The notes: a model not told the origin generated them from the sequence alone. Counted from the stretch's first letter, positions 1-11,869 are shown. The stretch: DNA of 64,000 nucleotides from Eledone cirrhosa (GCA_964016885.1 OZ024742.1:294314001-294378000), one strand, 5' to 3'. Translations and numbers: made by a program.

Positions 1-1200
1 TGGTGAGGCGGTCCATCTGCTGCCAGCACCCTCTACGCGGAGGGCTGGGCATGCCGTGGCTAATGATGCGCAGACATGCGTTGAGGCTGCGACATCTCCA
101 GATATTCTGCCTCAATGGTGAACAGGTGTGGTCGCCGTTTATCAGACGGGCCTTTCCGCAGCTCATTTCTTTGACTGAGCTGCAGTCCTGGGTCAAGAAG
201 AGACCGAGACTGGGTGACTGGCACCTGGAATGTTGCCAGGCACTCACTGCCCTCTACCAAGCGGGCAATGCGATCAGTGGAACTTCCACTCTCGAGTTCT
301 ATAGAAGATTAGTGGTGGGCAAGTGCGATGACGCACTCGGGGAAGCTTTGGGCCTCGACGAAGTCGAACTGACCAGTCTGTACCGGAGGACTTTTGAGCC
401 GGGGACGATGGACAATTTCCAGAAATCCCTCGCTTGGCAGTGCTACCGGGAGGCACTGCCGGTTCGGCATAAACTCTACAGGCACGGAAGTGCTGTCAGA
501 CGGACCTGCCCAAGATGCGCACAGAACGACGAAACCGTTCTGCACGCACTTGTCCAATGTCCGTGCATTACTGACTTGTGGAGTTATGTCGAACAGCTAC
601 TGTCGCGTGTGGAACGAATCCGGCTATCGGCCGAGTCCATAGTGAAGATCGAGCCGCCACCTTCCTTAGGTCAGGAAGAGCAGGAAATTTTCCTCTGTCT
701 GGTGGCAGTTGCGAAAGAGATTATATGGTGGACCAGGTTGAAAGGACTAAAGACAGACACTTTTCTCTTCGGCCAATCCCTCATCAACTTCTTCAAGTTT
801 CACCTGGAAAGGAGGGTGAGGGTGGAGAGAGAAGTGCTGCCCCCCAGTACATTTGCTAAAAGGTGGGTGAATGTGGCGAGAATGACTCGTGTGAATGGGC
901 CTACTCTGACCATGCGCCTATAGGCTGGCTAACTTGAGGAGAGGGGTGCTCTCCCTGGGTGCCCTAGAAGCGCAGGGTGGTTCAGGATTGGTGGGGTACC
1001 TGAATCACCCCAGGGTCGTCCACCCCCTATCGGGGAATTTATTTTGTTATATTTATGCATAGTTTATTTTATATTTTTATATTTTCATTGTTAAATTAGT
1101 CTTACCATTGTGCACTTTTACTCGACCTTATTGTAAACCCCCACTGTCCCTGTCTTTGTATTGTCCCCTACATGTCGGCCCTTGTGGCTACTAAATGAAA
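1..1200 (+). mobile_element. L1/Tx1-clade non-LTR retrotransposon, 3' end (copy A), running off the window start; followed by (ATT)n
   Basis: ORF 3-923 is homologous to the C-terminus of ORF2 at 14342-17341 (CCQHP..GGLGMPWL; zinc finger CPRCAQNDETVLHALVQC). T-rich 3'UTR ends in GCCCTTGTGGC, like copies B and C. Confidence 0.92.
3..923 (+). CDS. Tx1 LINE ORF2 C-terminal fragment (RT thumb plus zinc finger)
   Basis: Uninterrupted 306-aa frame with a CX2CX8HX4C motif; clear similarity to the other two Tx1 copies. Confidence 0.85.
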   Translation: MRRSICCQHPLRGGLGMPWLMMRRHALRLRHLQIFCLNGEQVWSPFIRRAFPQLISLTELQSWVKKRPRLGDWHLECCQALTALYQAGNAISGTSTLEFYRRLVVGKCDDALGEALGLDEVELTSLYRRTFEPGTMDNFQKSLAWQCYREALPVRHKLYRHGSAVRRTCPRCAQNDETVLHALVQCPCITDLWSYVEQLLSRVERIRLSAESIVKIEPPPSLGQEEQEIFLCLVAVAKEIIWWTRLKGLKTDTFLFGQSLINFFKFHLERRVRVEREVLPPSTFAKRWVNVARMTRVNGPTLTMRL

Positions 1201-1202
<2 letters not shown>

Positions 1203-1250
<48 letters not shown>

Positions 1251-1296
1251 GTTATTAATGTATGTGTGTGTGTATATATATGTGTGTATATATGTA

Positions 1297-1341
<45 letters not shown>

Positions 1342-1516
1342 CTTTTTTATTTTTATTTTCTTTTTTATTTATTTATTAATTTTTTTTTTCTCCTCGTGCA
1401 ATGGCCATACTCGATAACGAGGGGGCAACCATCATGTATGTATGTATGTATGTATGTATGTATGTATGTATGTATGTATGTATGTATGTATGTATGTATG
1501 TATGTATGTATGTATG

Positions 1517-1557
<41 letters not shown>
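1203..1557. repeat. Microsatellite cluster (ATT)n, (TA)n, (TATG)n
   Basis: Directly visible simple repeats. Confidence 0.95.
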
Positions 1558-1560
<3 letters not shown>

Positions 1561-1724
1561 GGGCTCCCTACATATATATAGAAGAGGAAGACCAAGGTTA
1601 ACATATGTTGATGCCCTAAGGACAGACACTGGTCTGTTGGAGATGCAGGATATGGCAGCGATAATGAGGGACAGAGACCGCTGGAGAGAACTCGTCCATG
1701 GATCTCGGGAATTTTACCCGCCTT

Positions 1725-1758
<34 letters not shown>

Positions 1759-1945
1759 CTTTTTTTTATTTTAATTATATTTTTTATTTATTTATTAATT
1801 TTTTTTTTCTCCTCGTGCAATGGCCATACTCGATAACGAGGGGGCAGCCATCATGTATGTATGTATGTATGTATGTATGTATGTATGTATGTATGTATGT
1901 ATGTATGTATGTATGTATGTATGTATGTATGTGTGTATGTATGTA
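1337..1945 (+). repeat. Two direct copies of a ~100 bp T-rich + stem-loop unit, each followed by (TATG)n
   Basis: CCTCGTGCAATGGCCATACTCGATAACGAGGGGGCA.CCATC at about 1392 and 1811, both preceded by (TA)n and a T-rich tract. Confidence 0.8.
1580..1727 (+). mobile_element. Short 3' fragment of an RTE-like LINE
   Basis: Translates as [18 protein letters not shown]...[11 protein letters not shown], a typical RTE ORF C-terminus. Confidence 0.6.
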
Positions 1946-2049
1946 TGTACGCGGGTTTGGATGCATGTATCTAAATGTGTGTATGTAATTCTAACCCACT
2001 TCTACCTGTGTAAGAGAAAAAGATGTGTAAGAATATGCTCGTGTTAATT

Positions 2050-2765
2050 AGTTGTATGTATGTGTGTGTTTGTGTGTGCATGCAGGTGTGTGTATGTTTG
2101 TGAACGTTTGTGTGTGTATCTATGTTAGCGTTTGTGTGTGTATGTATGTCAGCGTTTGTGTGTGTATGTATGTGTTCGTTTGTGTGTGTATGTATGTGTG
2201 GCTTTGCGTGTGTGTGTGTGTGTGTGTATGAGCGTTTGTGTGTGTATGTATGTGTTCGTTTATGTGTGTATGTATATGTGCGTTTGTGTGTGTATGTATG
2301 TGAACGTTGTGTGTGTATCTATGTGAGTGTTTGTGTGTGTATGTATGTCAGCATTTGTGTGTGTATGTATGTGTTCGTTTGTGTGTGTATGTATGTGTGG
2401 CTTTGCGTGTGTGTATGTATGTGAGCGTTTGTGTGTGCATGTATGTGTTCGTTTATGTGTGTATGTATATGTGCGTTTATGTGTGCATGTATATGTGCGT
2501 TGGTGTGTGTATGTATGTGAGCTTTTGTGTGTGTATGTATGTTTGTGTTTGTGTGTGTATGTATGTGAGCGTTTGTGTGTGTATGTGAGCGTTTGTGTGT
2601 GTATGTGTTCGCTTGTGTGTGTATCTATATGTGCGTTTGTGTGTGTGCATTATTGTGTGAACGTGTTAATCAGCCATGAACAGATGACTGCGTCCATTTG
2701 TACGTATTTGTACAAGTGTGTATATTTGTGTGTGTGTGTATGTGAGTATGTGCGTGCTTGTTTGT
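2050..2765. repeat. Compound (TG)n/(TATG)n minisatellite with ~20-24 bp higher-order units
   Basis: Repeating GCGTTTGTGTGTGTATGTATGT variants. Confidence 0.9.
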
Positions 2766-2768
2766 ATA

Positions 2769-2901
2769 ATTGTTTCTACTTTAGGCACAAGGCCAGCAAT
2801 TACCCAGTGCATTACTGGTACTTTATTTTATCGACCCCGTAAGGATGAAAGGCAAAGTCAACCTCGGCGGGATTTGAACTCAGATCGTAAAGGGACATAA
2901 C
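2769..2901 (-). mobile_element. tRNA-derived SINE (abundant family), 5'-truncated
   Basis: Reverse complement gives B box GAGTTCAAATCCC, core GCCTTTCATCCTTACGGGGTCGATAAAATAAAGTACCAG and tail GGCCTTGTGCC..AAGTAGAAACAAT; more than 12 copies in the window. Confidence 0.85.
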
Positions 2902-3187
2902 ATTGTATAATGTTGGGTGGATGGATGTCTAGTTTGTATGTATTTTTATGTGCGTGTGTTTGTGTGAGTCCATGTGTAAATGTGTGTGTGTGTGTTTATA
3001 GTGTGTATGTATATGTGTATGTGTGTGCATTGTTATGTGATTATCTGTGTCTAGTTCGTATGTGGATGCGTTGTACGCTCGCTCGCCTGTGAATGTACGT
3101 TTAGTTCGTATGTGTGATTATATGTTGGTGCATCATCGTGTGAAAATGTGCATTAGTTATCTTTGTGCATATAAGTGTTGAACAAAG

Positions 3188-3189
<2 letters not shown>

Positions 3190-3268
<79 letters not shown>
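3190..3268. repeat. (GA)n microsatellite
   Basis: Directly visible. Confidence 0.95.
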
Positions 3269-3271
<3 letters not shown>

Positions 3272-3611
3272 CGGAGACGGGGGTATTGTAAAAAATGGTG
3301 TCTTATGCCAAAGAATACCTCTCATCCCAGAATCTAAATGAAGAAGAGAGAGAGAGAGAGAGTGCGGGAAAAAAAGAAGGTACTCGGAGATAAAATAACT
3401 GGTTAGTTAGGTAAGGTAGCAATGTGACCTGCTGTTGCTACCTGTCTGTTAATCAAAATATTTTCTTATGTCTTTTTCATCTGCAGACACATGCAGTTCA
3501 CCTGCGACAAACTTCGTCTCCAGTTACCTTGACTGCAATATATGGCCACTCAGTTACCTGATATGTGTTTAGCTTCTTCTTCAACAAAGAGAAGTCTTGA
3601 TGCTTTTTGAT

Positions 3612-3925
3612 TGTTACCCCCGCATTTCATATTGGAACAAACGTTATATAGTTTCAGGATAGTGTTTAGTGTTAGTCTTAGGGTTTAGGGATAGTGTTTA
3701 GGGTTATGGTTAGTGTTTAGTGTTTAAGGTTTAAAGTTAGTGTTAGGGTTTAAGGTTAATGTTAGGGTTTAAGGTTAGCGTTAGAGTTTAGAGTTAAGGT
3801 TTAGGGTTATTGTTTACTGTTTAGAATTAAGGCTAGGGCTAGAATTATGTTCTAGGGTTAGGGTTTAGTGTTAGGGTTAATGTTATTGTTAGTTTGCGTT
3901 CAATTTGAAATGCAGAGTCATAACA
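3612..3925. mobile_element. Inverted-repeat-bounded element filled with degenerate (TTAGGG)n
   Basis: TGTTAC...GCATTTCATATTGGAACAAAC (3612-3642) is the inverted complement of GTTTGCGTTCAATTTGAAATGC...TAACA (3892-3925). Interior is TTAGGG/TTAGTG/TTAAGG variants. Confidence 0.65.
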
Positions 3926-4179
3926 TACAGCTATCATGTATTCTCACCTTAGTTTTGCTGAGTCAGAGACAATTGAAGCTTTGATAAACATCTTTACGAA
4001 AATGTTGCATTCACTAGGGAATACAATCATATTTGTTTTCTGCTATAAAGTATTTAAAATAAAAGATAAATATATTCCAGTCTTTTGAAATTACTACGAT
4101 CTTGGACATGCCTGATCTTCTCAAATTTTAATTCTGTTTTGTTACTTTAAGTACACCATGTATGCTTTATATACATATA

Positions 4180-4485
4180 CTCTCGGATCACAAATATTCG
4201 TCGCCCCCACCCACTTCTTAATTTTTCAGATTTTTTTCCAACACTCTTATTCCATCCCCACTTATTAAATTTTGCTAATCTATCTATCTCTGGCGAAATT
4301 TTATTTTAAGTGGTAGCATTCCTGCGACAATTAATTTTCTTTATACATGACAAAAAAAAAAGTACATTACTAGAAATCCCATACGTTATAAAATAAATGG
4401 GATAGGTTGGAGTCTCAATATGTTAAGTCAACAACTAATTCTGGATTTTAAAAAATCAATGGAGACAACCTTTGGGACCTGAGAG
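4180..4485. mobile_element. TA-flanked MITE (Tc1/mariner/pogo-like)
   Basis: TA|CTCTCGGATCACAAA ... TTTGGGACCTGAGAG|TA. Related copies at about 35257-35453, 46000-46336 and 52798-53050. Confidence 0.7.
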
Positions 4486-4696
4486 TATATAGCCATAACT
4501 CATACATATATATTTTGTATTGATTACTAAAATATATTATGATAATTTTAAAATGGGGCCTACATTTCACACCAAGCCTAGGCTTGTTACCAGCTTTGTG
4601 AGGTCTACATTTCAGATATGACCTGAGCATATTACCTGTGTAAATCTACATTTTACATCTGGCTGGAGCCCATTACCTGCTCTGTACAGGCCTGTG

Positions 4697-4900
4697 TATG
4701 AGGGTAGTTTGAAAAGTTCATAGACTATCTATGAAGGAGTGATGTTGGAGCTGTGAAATCTTGCAAGCATTAATTTCAACTCTTCTTGTTAATAACTGCA
4801 TTGTTTCTTTTCAGGTAAACTGACATCTGACTGTTCAAAGAAGGCTTCAAAAGTAATTTGTAGCAATTTCTCTTGAAAATGGACAAAATTTATCATTACC
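4697..4900 (+). mobile_element. Mariner-like transposon 5' remnant
   Basis: TA-TGAGGGTAGTTTGAAAAGTTC resembles mariner TIRs; ATG at 4879 begins MDKI, like mariner transposase N-termini, then truncates. Confidence 0.55.
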
Positions 4901-5429
4901 CAAGATTCATGACCATAAGTAAAGGTTAGCACGGACACTGAATTGAAGATAGAGTTTGGATTTTACAGCTACTTCCTTTCTTCTGATTACTGAATGCTGA
5001 CACTTTATTCTTAACTTTAGTACTAACAAAGTCTTACATTACTCACATTCTCACTGAAATAATGAGCCAAATTCTTCCAGCCTTAAGACTCCTGCTTGGA
5101 TCTAATGATTAAGTAATTGATTCAAGAATACAATACAATATGGCAAATTGTATAGTTACCAGTATCAGGTTTACATATGGATCACGTGGGCTGCAGTCCA
5201 TGCCCTCATTATCCAGAGGATCTCATCTGCCCTATTACAAATATACCTTTTGTTAGCACTCTGAGACAGGTTTTATCACTTATATGTTCAAACCATATCT
5301 CATTGAGTGAGTAATGTGAACAATATAGATTATAGGGAGTATATTTCCCATAACCTTGCTACTTTTAGACTATTAAAATATATATTAAAATAAACCAATA
5401 AGTTTACAAAAATATTGAATCAGTTTAAA

Positions 5430-6080
5430 ATTATGAAAATTTGCCTTTGTTAGCAGAGAACCTACAATCAGACCTGGACACAATGCAGCAATGGATCACA
5501 GACTGGCAACTGAAGCTGGCTGTGGACAAGTGTACCACCATGCATTTTGGAAGGAAAAATCCAGCGTCCACATACTCCCTCCACAACACTGATATCAAAA
5601 AGTCCTCTTGTGAACGTGACCTGGGCATTACTTTCAGCAACGATTTGCGTTGGACAAAGCATGTCTCTAAGATGGTCAAGAAGGCCGAGGGTGTCTTAGC
5701 ATCACTCAGCAAGACCTTTGTTAGCCGCTCTCCAGCCATCTATTTAAAACTGTATACAGCTATGGTGCGACCACACTTGGAATTCGCATCATCAGTCTGG
5801 AACCCCTATCTTGCTCAGAACATTGACCTCCTGGAAACTGTTCAGAGACGTGCAACCAAGCGCATACCCTCCATCAGATACCTACCATACTCTGAACGCC
5901 TTGCTTCCCTGGGCATGGATTCATTGAAGCTCCGACGTCTGGCAATGGACTTGGTGAATACCCACAAAGTTTTTAACCATCTCGCCAATTGCAACCCTGA
6001 GCGCCTCTTTGATCTCCATGTGTCTAACACACGTGGACATGCCTACAAGATCAGAAAACAGCACAGCTCCCATGACTATG
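5430..6080 (+). mobile_element. CR1/L2-group LINE fragment (RT C-terminal region)
   Basis: ORF 5441-6097: LQSDLD..QW..DWQL...KC, ERDLGITF, LYTAMVRPHLEFASSVWNP, LETVQRRATK, NTRGH. Confidence 0.88.
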
Positions 6081-6287
6081 TCATTTATTTTGTATGACCT
6101 GTTTAGCTTGACTTGTTTTTTAGTTTTATGTGGATAATGGCTTCTTGACCGCCTTCTCAGTTTGTATGGCCTTCATAACCTATGTTTATTGGTCTGTTTT
6201 TTTTAGCTCATGGAGCGCTTGCCAGCATGACGCGGAATTTTCGTTACGTTTCGCTTTTTATACCAGCCGAAATCCGATTCTCGCTGA

Positions 6288-6333
<46 letters not shown>

Positions 6334-6502
6334 GGAATGTAACGTACGTGCATTTACTGTAGGTTCACCCAAGTGAGCACTCGATGCGTAGTTTCCAGTG
6401 GGAAATGAGGTGTAGAAATAAGCAGGGTGTAAGTATAATAATAAAAGGGCGATTTGTTATGTCTTCATTATGTTTATTTCGTAGCGGTAATTACCATACC
6501 AG

Positions 6503-6589
6503 ACGTCCGACGAGCTTTTGATTCCAGAGTCGGGCTAGATCGATACAGATCGGACCTTCAGCTGATCAGTAGCGAAATCCAATAAACGT
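6503..6589 (+). ncRNA. Degenerate type I hammerhead ribozyme candidate with long stem II
   Basis: ACGT-CCGACGA-(GCT..TGAT..CAG..GATC/GATC..CTG..ATCA..AGC)-GAAA-TCCAATAA-ACGT. Core has U4C and an extra base near the cleavage site; homologous to the fold at 28040. Confidence 0.4.
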
Positions 6590-6636
6590 AATGAAGACAA
6601 ATCGTCCTTTTATTGTTATTATTATAATATATATAT

Positions 6637-6801
6637 AGGGCGGTGGATTGGCAGTATCGGTAGAGGGTCGGACACCATGCTTTGAAGCATAGTTACGTCC
6701 CTTTACGGTCTTGCCTTTCATCCTTATGGGGTCAATAAAATAAAGTACCAGTAATGTACTGGGTCATTGCTAGCCTTGTGCCAAAAGTAGAAACAATTAT
6801 T
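6637..6801 (+). mobile_element. tRNA-derived SINE with internal deletion of the B box region
   Basis: GGCGGTGGATTGGCAGTATCGGTAG head through the AGAAACAATTATT tail. Confidence 0.85.
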
Positions 6802-6999
6802 TAACATGTAGATATATCTGGGCTATTTAAAAATAAATTGACCTTTATTAATTTTAATGATGAGAGTTCCAGTTGTTTGGTCAACAGAGCAGTCAATTCA
6901 TTAAATTAATGTATACGTGGCCGAGCATTCCATAGACATGTGCATTCTTAAGATAATTTTCATGGAAAATATCCGTGATACATATAAGATATAGTCATC

Positions 7000-7395
7000 C
7001 AAAGCTGGTAATAGACCTACACCAGATGTAAAATATAGGTCTTCAAAGCTGGTAATAGACCTACTCCAGATGTAAAATATAAACCTTCAAAGCTGGTAAT
7101 AGACCTACAACAGATGTAAAATATAGGCCTTCAAAGCTGGTAATAAAGCCAAACCAGAGATGAAATGTTGGTTCTCTCACCCAAGCTGGTAATAGGTTCA
7201 GATGTTAAATGAAGGACCCTAAAGCTGGTAATAAGTCCAGGTCAGATGTGAAATACAGACCCCCACCCATCCACAAGCTGATAATAGGTCCAGGCTAGAT
7301 GTGAAATTAAGGCCTCCAATGCTGGCCAGATGTTAAATGTAAGCTCCTAAAGCTAGTAATAGACCCAAGCCAAATATGAAATGTAGACCCCATTT
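7000..7395 (+). repeat. ~44 bp minisatellite, about 9 progressively diverging units
   Basis: CAAAGCTGGTAATAGACCTAC.CCAGATGTAAAATATAGG.CTT repeated. Confidence 0.9.
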
Positions 7396-7911
7396 CAAAC
7401 TGCTCTTCAAGTATTTTAGTAAACAGTGTTAACTACATGTGATTTGTGTATGTGTTACATATATATATATATATATATATGGACCTGTTGTGTACATGAG
7501 GTATGTACATGTAATAAAATAGAATAAAAGAACTAGAATTTTAGGTGTATAGGCTCCCTCGAAATCTGTCCCTACTTTCTCTAGCCTGACATGTTAACAA
7601 GTACTATCCTAATATCAAGAAGGTATATTTTCACTTTACTTCCTGTTTATCACTGGTGATATCTGCTCTTTTCAAATGCTTACTCTATGCCACACCCATC
7701 CATCTAAATAAGCATCACATAACAATACATAACATATATGACATATAATATGACATATATAACATACATAACTTATTTAACATATGTCATATATCTAACA
7801 TTAACTGCATTCATCCAATATTCTATTAATAATCTCAAAACAAATATTTCTGTTCATTTTTGCTTAAAAACTTTCTTTTTATAGCAAGTTATTTCAATAT
7901 TTATATGTTAA

Positions 7912-8078
7912 CCCTTTAGCATTTAAACCGGCCACTCATACCAATGTTATGGTATTGTTCTCAAAATAAAAAATATCAAAATCTCATAGATTCAATATTA
8001 TGTGAGATAATTATGTGAGGTAAATCCTTTACTGCGAAAATACAATACTAAATATAAAGTAATGTAAATGCTAAAGGG
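7912..8078. mobile_element. piggyBac-type MITE
   Basis: TTAA|CCCTTTAGCATTTA ... TAAATGCTAAAGGG|TTAA. Confidence 0.9.
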
Positions 8079-8229
8079 TTAAATATATCTTCCTTAGGTT
8101 CTCAACTATTGTTGGACTAATAGGAGTGTCTTTGTGTCATGTAGTATGCCTGGGGCATTTAACCCTTTTGTTACCATATGTCTAATGAAATACATAGGTC
8201 ATGTGTTTCAATATATTTTGAAAATAATG

Positions 8230-8372
8230 GGAGCTTAGCTGGTCACGCTTGAGGATTTAGCCGGATCAGTTGGAGATGGTTGCTTCTGACAGGACTTGCT
8301 GGAAGGAATGTCTGAAGAATCTGCCAGGAATATGTGGGCAAAGAAGAAGAAGACGAAGAAGAAGAAGAAGAA
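8230..8372 (+). mobile_element. RTE-like LINE 3' end with (GAA)n tail
   Basis: Same sequence as the reverse complement of about 36855-36990 (ELSWS.L.I..DQLEM.ASDRTC). Confidence 0.65.
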
Positions 8373-8637
8373 GGAGGGTAATGATTGTAAGAATGTGATC
8401 ACAAATATAAGCGACCGGAATGGGGTTCCTCTGAAGGGTCATTGGAGTAATGTTACTTGATAGAGTGCATAGCTAGAAGATCAGAGAGTTGCTCGAAGTA
8501 GAACTGCTACTTTTAAGGATTGAGAGATCAGAGTTCTGATATTACAAGCATTTTGTTAAAGTTCTGCTTAAATTTCTATAGAAATTCTTGACTGTAAACT
8601 TTCATTTTTGTACCATTTTGTAGAGGGACTGCCAGGT

Positions 8638-11600
8638 CAAACCGCAGCGGATCATATAGGTCGTACCTAGATAGGTTCTTAGTTAGAAATAAGGATAAGG
8701 ACTTTTTAAGTTGTCCAAAAATGCGCATGGTTGGCTATTCAGACCACAAGTTAGTGACCTGCATGGTCAACCTTGACAGAACGCATAGACAGGGACCCGG
8801 TTACTGGAAGCTCAACTTGTCCTTACCGGCAAGTAAGGCTTACAGGGACCGGATTAGCACTTTAGTTAAGGAGCGGTTGACGGGCGCCATCGTCAACAGC
8901 AGGTGGTGGGATCTCTCAAAAGAGAGATTAGAGTAGTCTCTATAGAATTTAGTAAGGAGTTAGCCTCAAATAGAAATAGGAAAGAAAGGGAGTTGGTAGA
9001 TAGTGTAGAAGAGGCAATTAGAAGTGGCGACGTGGCCAGAGTGCTAGCATCGAGAACGGCCCTGGGCCAGTTCTTCGACGCGGAACACGAAGGCTGCATC
9101 GTCCGAAGCAAAATACGTGCTCTGGGAAACGAGGGGACCAAAGCTGTTAGCTCGGCCCACGTGACAGAAGCCAAAAGAGGGAGTAGATCCACGGTCTTTG
9201 CGAGACCAGGATGGACGGGTGATCCTTGAACCTAAGCAGATGTGCGAGGCTTTTCAAAAGCACTTTGCCAGATTGTTCGGAAGAGGCGGGGAGCCGGTTG
9301 GGGAAGTGGACTTCGGTCCATACCTCGACGGCCTTCCGTGTCTCTCGGACAGGGAGGCGAAGTCCTGCAAGGAGCCGATTTCAGCCGCTGAGATAGAGGA
9401 CGTGCTGAGCCAATGCGGCAAACGCAAATCCTCGGGTCTCGATGGTCTTCCATACAAACTATATCTAGCTATGCCGGACTTGTTCCCCGATCTCCCCGAG
9501 GCGGTCTACTGCAACTGGCAACAGAACGGAAGAATTCCCTGTGCTGTGACCAAGGGCGTAGTCACGCTAGTGAGGAAGGACGAGAACAAGGGGGGCGATA
9601 TAATAATTTCAGGCCCATAACTCTGCTAAATACAGAGTTACAGATTTTGGCCAAGGTGCTAGCAAAGGGGTTGGCGCTTGTCGTGGGTAACCTGGTGGGA
9701 GATGCGCAGACATGTGCTATCCCGTCCAGGTCCATCCATGACAACCTCCACCTCATGCGATACATCATAGAGAGGGTTGGGAACGAACCCGGCTTTGGTG
9801 GGGCCCTGATCAACTTGGATCAATCTAAGGCGTTCGATAGGGTCGACCATGGTTACCTGGATGCGGTGCTAGCAGTGGCAGGCTTCGGACCCGTTTTCAG
9901 GGGCTGGATCAATGCCATGCACAGCAACCGCATCTGCTCTAGGGTCAAGGTGAACGGCTACCTCTCAGAGCTGTTCGAAATCACGCGGCCCATCTGACAA
10001 GGGTGCCCTCTCTCCTCCCTTCTGTATGTGTTGACTCTAGAGCCACTGCTGCGGAAGTTGGAGTTGTTGCAGGGCATCCCGTTGGAACCAGGATTGCGGA
10101 AAGCAGTGTCAGCCTACGCTGATGACATAACAGTAATGGTGTCGACGGCCTCGGAAATCGGGGCGATCGGCACCTTACTGGAGGAGTACGAAAGGTTTAC
10201 AGGGGCTAAGCTGAACCGGGACAAGTCGATTGGTCTGCAACTCGGCACGTGGAGGGGCAGATCGATGCCCTCCGATGACATCGTCGGGCGCTGGATGGAG
10301 GGCCCGGTGAAGTTGCTTGGGGTCTGGTTTGGACCAGACCTCCAGGTGGAGAAGAACTGGGGTGAGGTAACGAACAGGGTGTTTGCACTCACCCAGAAGT
10401 GGGCCGAGTGCAAACTGTCCCTGAAAGGTCGGGCGGATGTGGCGAACACTTATATAGTGTCCGTCATCTACTACCGCCTGACCGTTGTGCCTTGCCCAAG
10501 GGAAACGCTCGCCAAAATGGAGCGCGTACTCTTCCAATTCCTTTGGAAGAAGCGGGCTCCTATGGTGAGGAGATCCATCTGTTGTCAACACCCTTTGAAA
10601 GGAGGGCTGGGGATGCCGTGGCTAATGATACGTAAACACGCACTAAGGCTATGGCACTTCCAGGTATTCCTCACCGGTCAACCGGTGTGGGCCCCGTTTG
10701 TGAGGCGAGCCTTTCCCAGACTCGTCTCGCTCACCGAGCTGCAATCCTGGGTCAAGCAAAGACCGAGAAAACTGGGCGCCTGGCACACCGAGTGTGCCTA
10801 GGCACTCACGGCTCTCTGGCAAGCGGACCCGGCTGTCAGTGGAGAATCCACCTCGTCATTCTATAGAGGGCTGGTGGTTAGCAGGTGCGACGACGCCCTC
10901 GGAGAAGCCCTAGGCATGAGGAAGACATACTGGCCAACCTGTTCGGTAGGACATTCAGCCCGGGACCCATGGATAACTTCCAGAAGTCTCTGGCCTGGCA
11001 GTACTACCGAGGGGCTCTGCCCGTTCGAGAAAGGCTCTACAGACACGGGTGCTCGGGTAGGGACCCCTCGAAGAAGATCTGTCCCAAGTGCGTGTGCAAC
11101 GAAGAAACCGTTGCACATGCATTGGTACACTGCTCGGGCATTGCCGATCTGTGGGGCTATGTCGAACAACTGCTGTCAAGGGTGGGACCGATCCGGTTGA
11201 CCACCGAGTCTATTGTAACGATCAAGCTGCCTCCCCTCTTCAAAAACGAAGGAGAGGCGGTGTTTCTGTGCGTAATAGCCATGGCGAAAGAGGTTGTATG
11301 ATGGACGCATCTGAAAGGACTAAGGTCAGACATCTTTCTCTCTGGCCAACAACTGGTCCGTTTCTTCCGATATCATTTCGGAAGGATCAGGATGGAGAGA
11401 GAGGTGCTGCACCCCAGCCGTTTTTATGAAAGATGGGTGAAAGTGGCGAGAATGGCTCGTGTGAATGGGCCTTCACTCTACATCAGACTGTAGGTGAGGA
11501 AGATGAAAGATCAAGGGAGCACCCCCTCTCTGTGCTCCTGAGAAGGGTTGCACACTTTTTTTGAGGGGTGTGTGCGAACCCCCAAGGCGCCTCCTCCCTA

Positions 11601-11755
11601 TTGAGGATTTTGTTATTAAATTTATTTTTGTTATATTTTATTTTATTTTTATATCTTGTTATTGCCTCCTCCTTATTGAGGACGCCTTTTTATGTAAACT
11701 CCCCCCATTGTACTTGTCCGACTTTTTGATGCCCTGGTGGCAAATAAAAAGAAAG
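8638..11755 (+). mobile_element. 5'-truncated, degenerate Tx1 LINE (copy B)
   Basis: Co-linear with copy C from the end of the endonuclease (SYLDRFLV, YSDHK) through RT (DQSKAFDRV, YADD) to the zinc finger; multiple frameshifts and stops; ends in (TATC)n. Confidence 0.93.
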
Positions 11756-11820
11756 TTATCTATCTATCTGCCAGTCTACATACCTATCTACCTAGCTTTC
11801 TATCTAACTTCCTGTCTACA

Positions 11821-11869
<49 letters not shown>
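11756..11869. repeat. (TATC)n tract between the two Tx1 copies
   Basis: Degenerate, then perfect, TATC repeats. Confidence 0.9.

Larger units (their letters stand above)
4521..7425. mobile_element. Putative Foldback-like element with subterminal ~44 bp tandem repeats and nested insertions
   Basis: 4521-4690 is the inverted counterpart of the tandem array at 7000-7425 (AAATGGGGCCTACATTTC vs GAAATGTAGACCCCATTT; TTACTAAAATA vs TATTTTAGTAA). Confidence 0.55.

Noticed and set aside
1161-3325. Many ORFs rich in YI/VC/MYVC/SL repeats
   Set aside because: Translations of microsatellites, not genes.
3660-3890. True telomere or chromosome fusion site
   Set aside because: Short, degenerate, single orientation and bounded by inverted repeats.
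7000-7395. CRISPR-like repeat-spacer pattern
   Set aside because: The intervening segments are homologous to each other; it is a diverging minisatellite.
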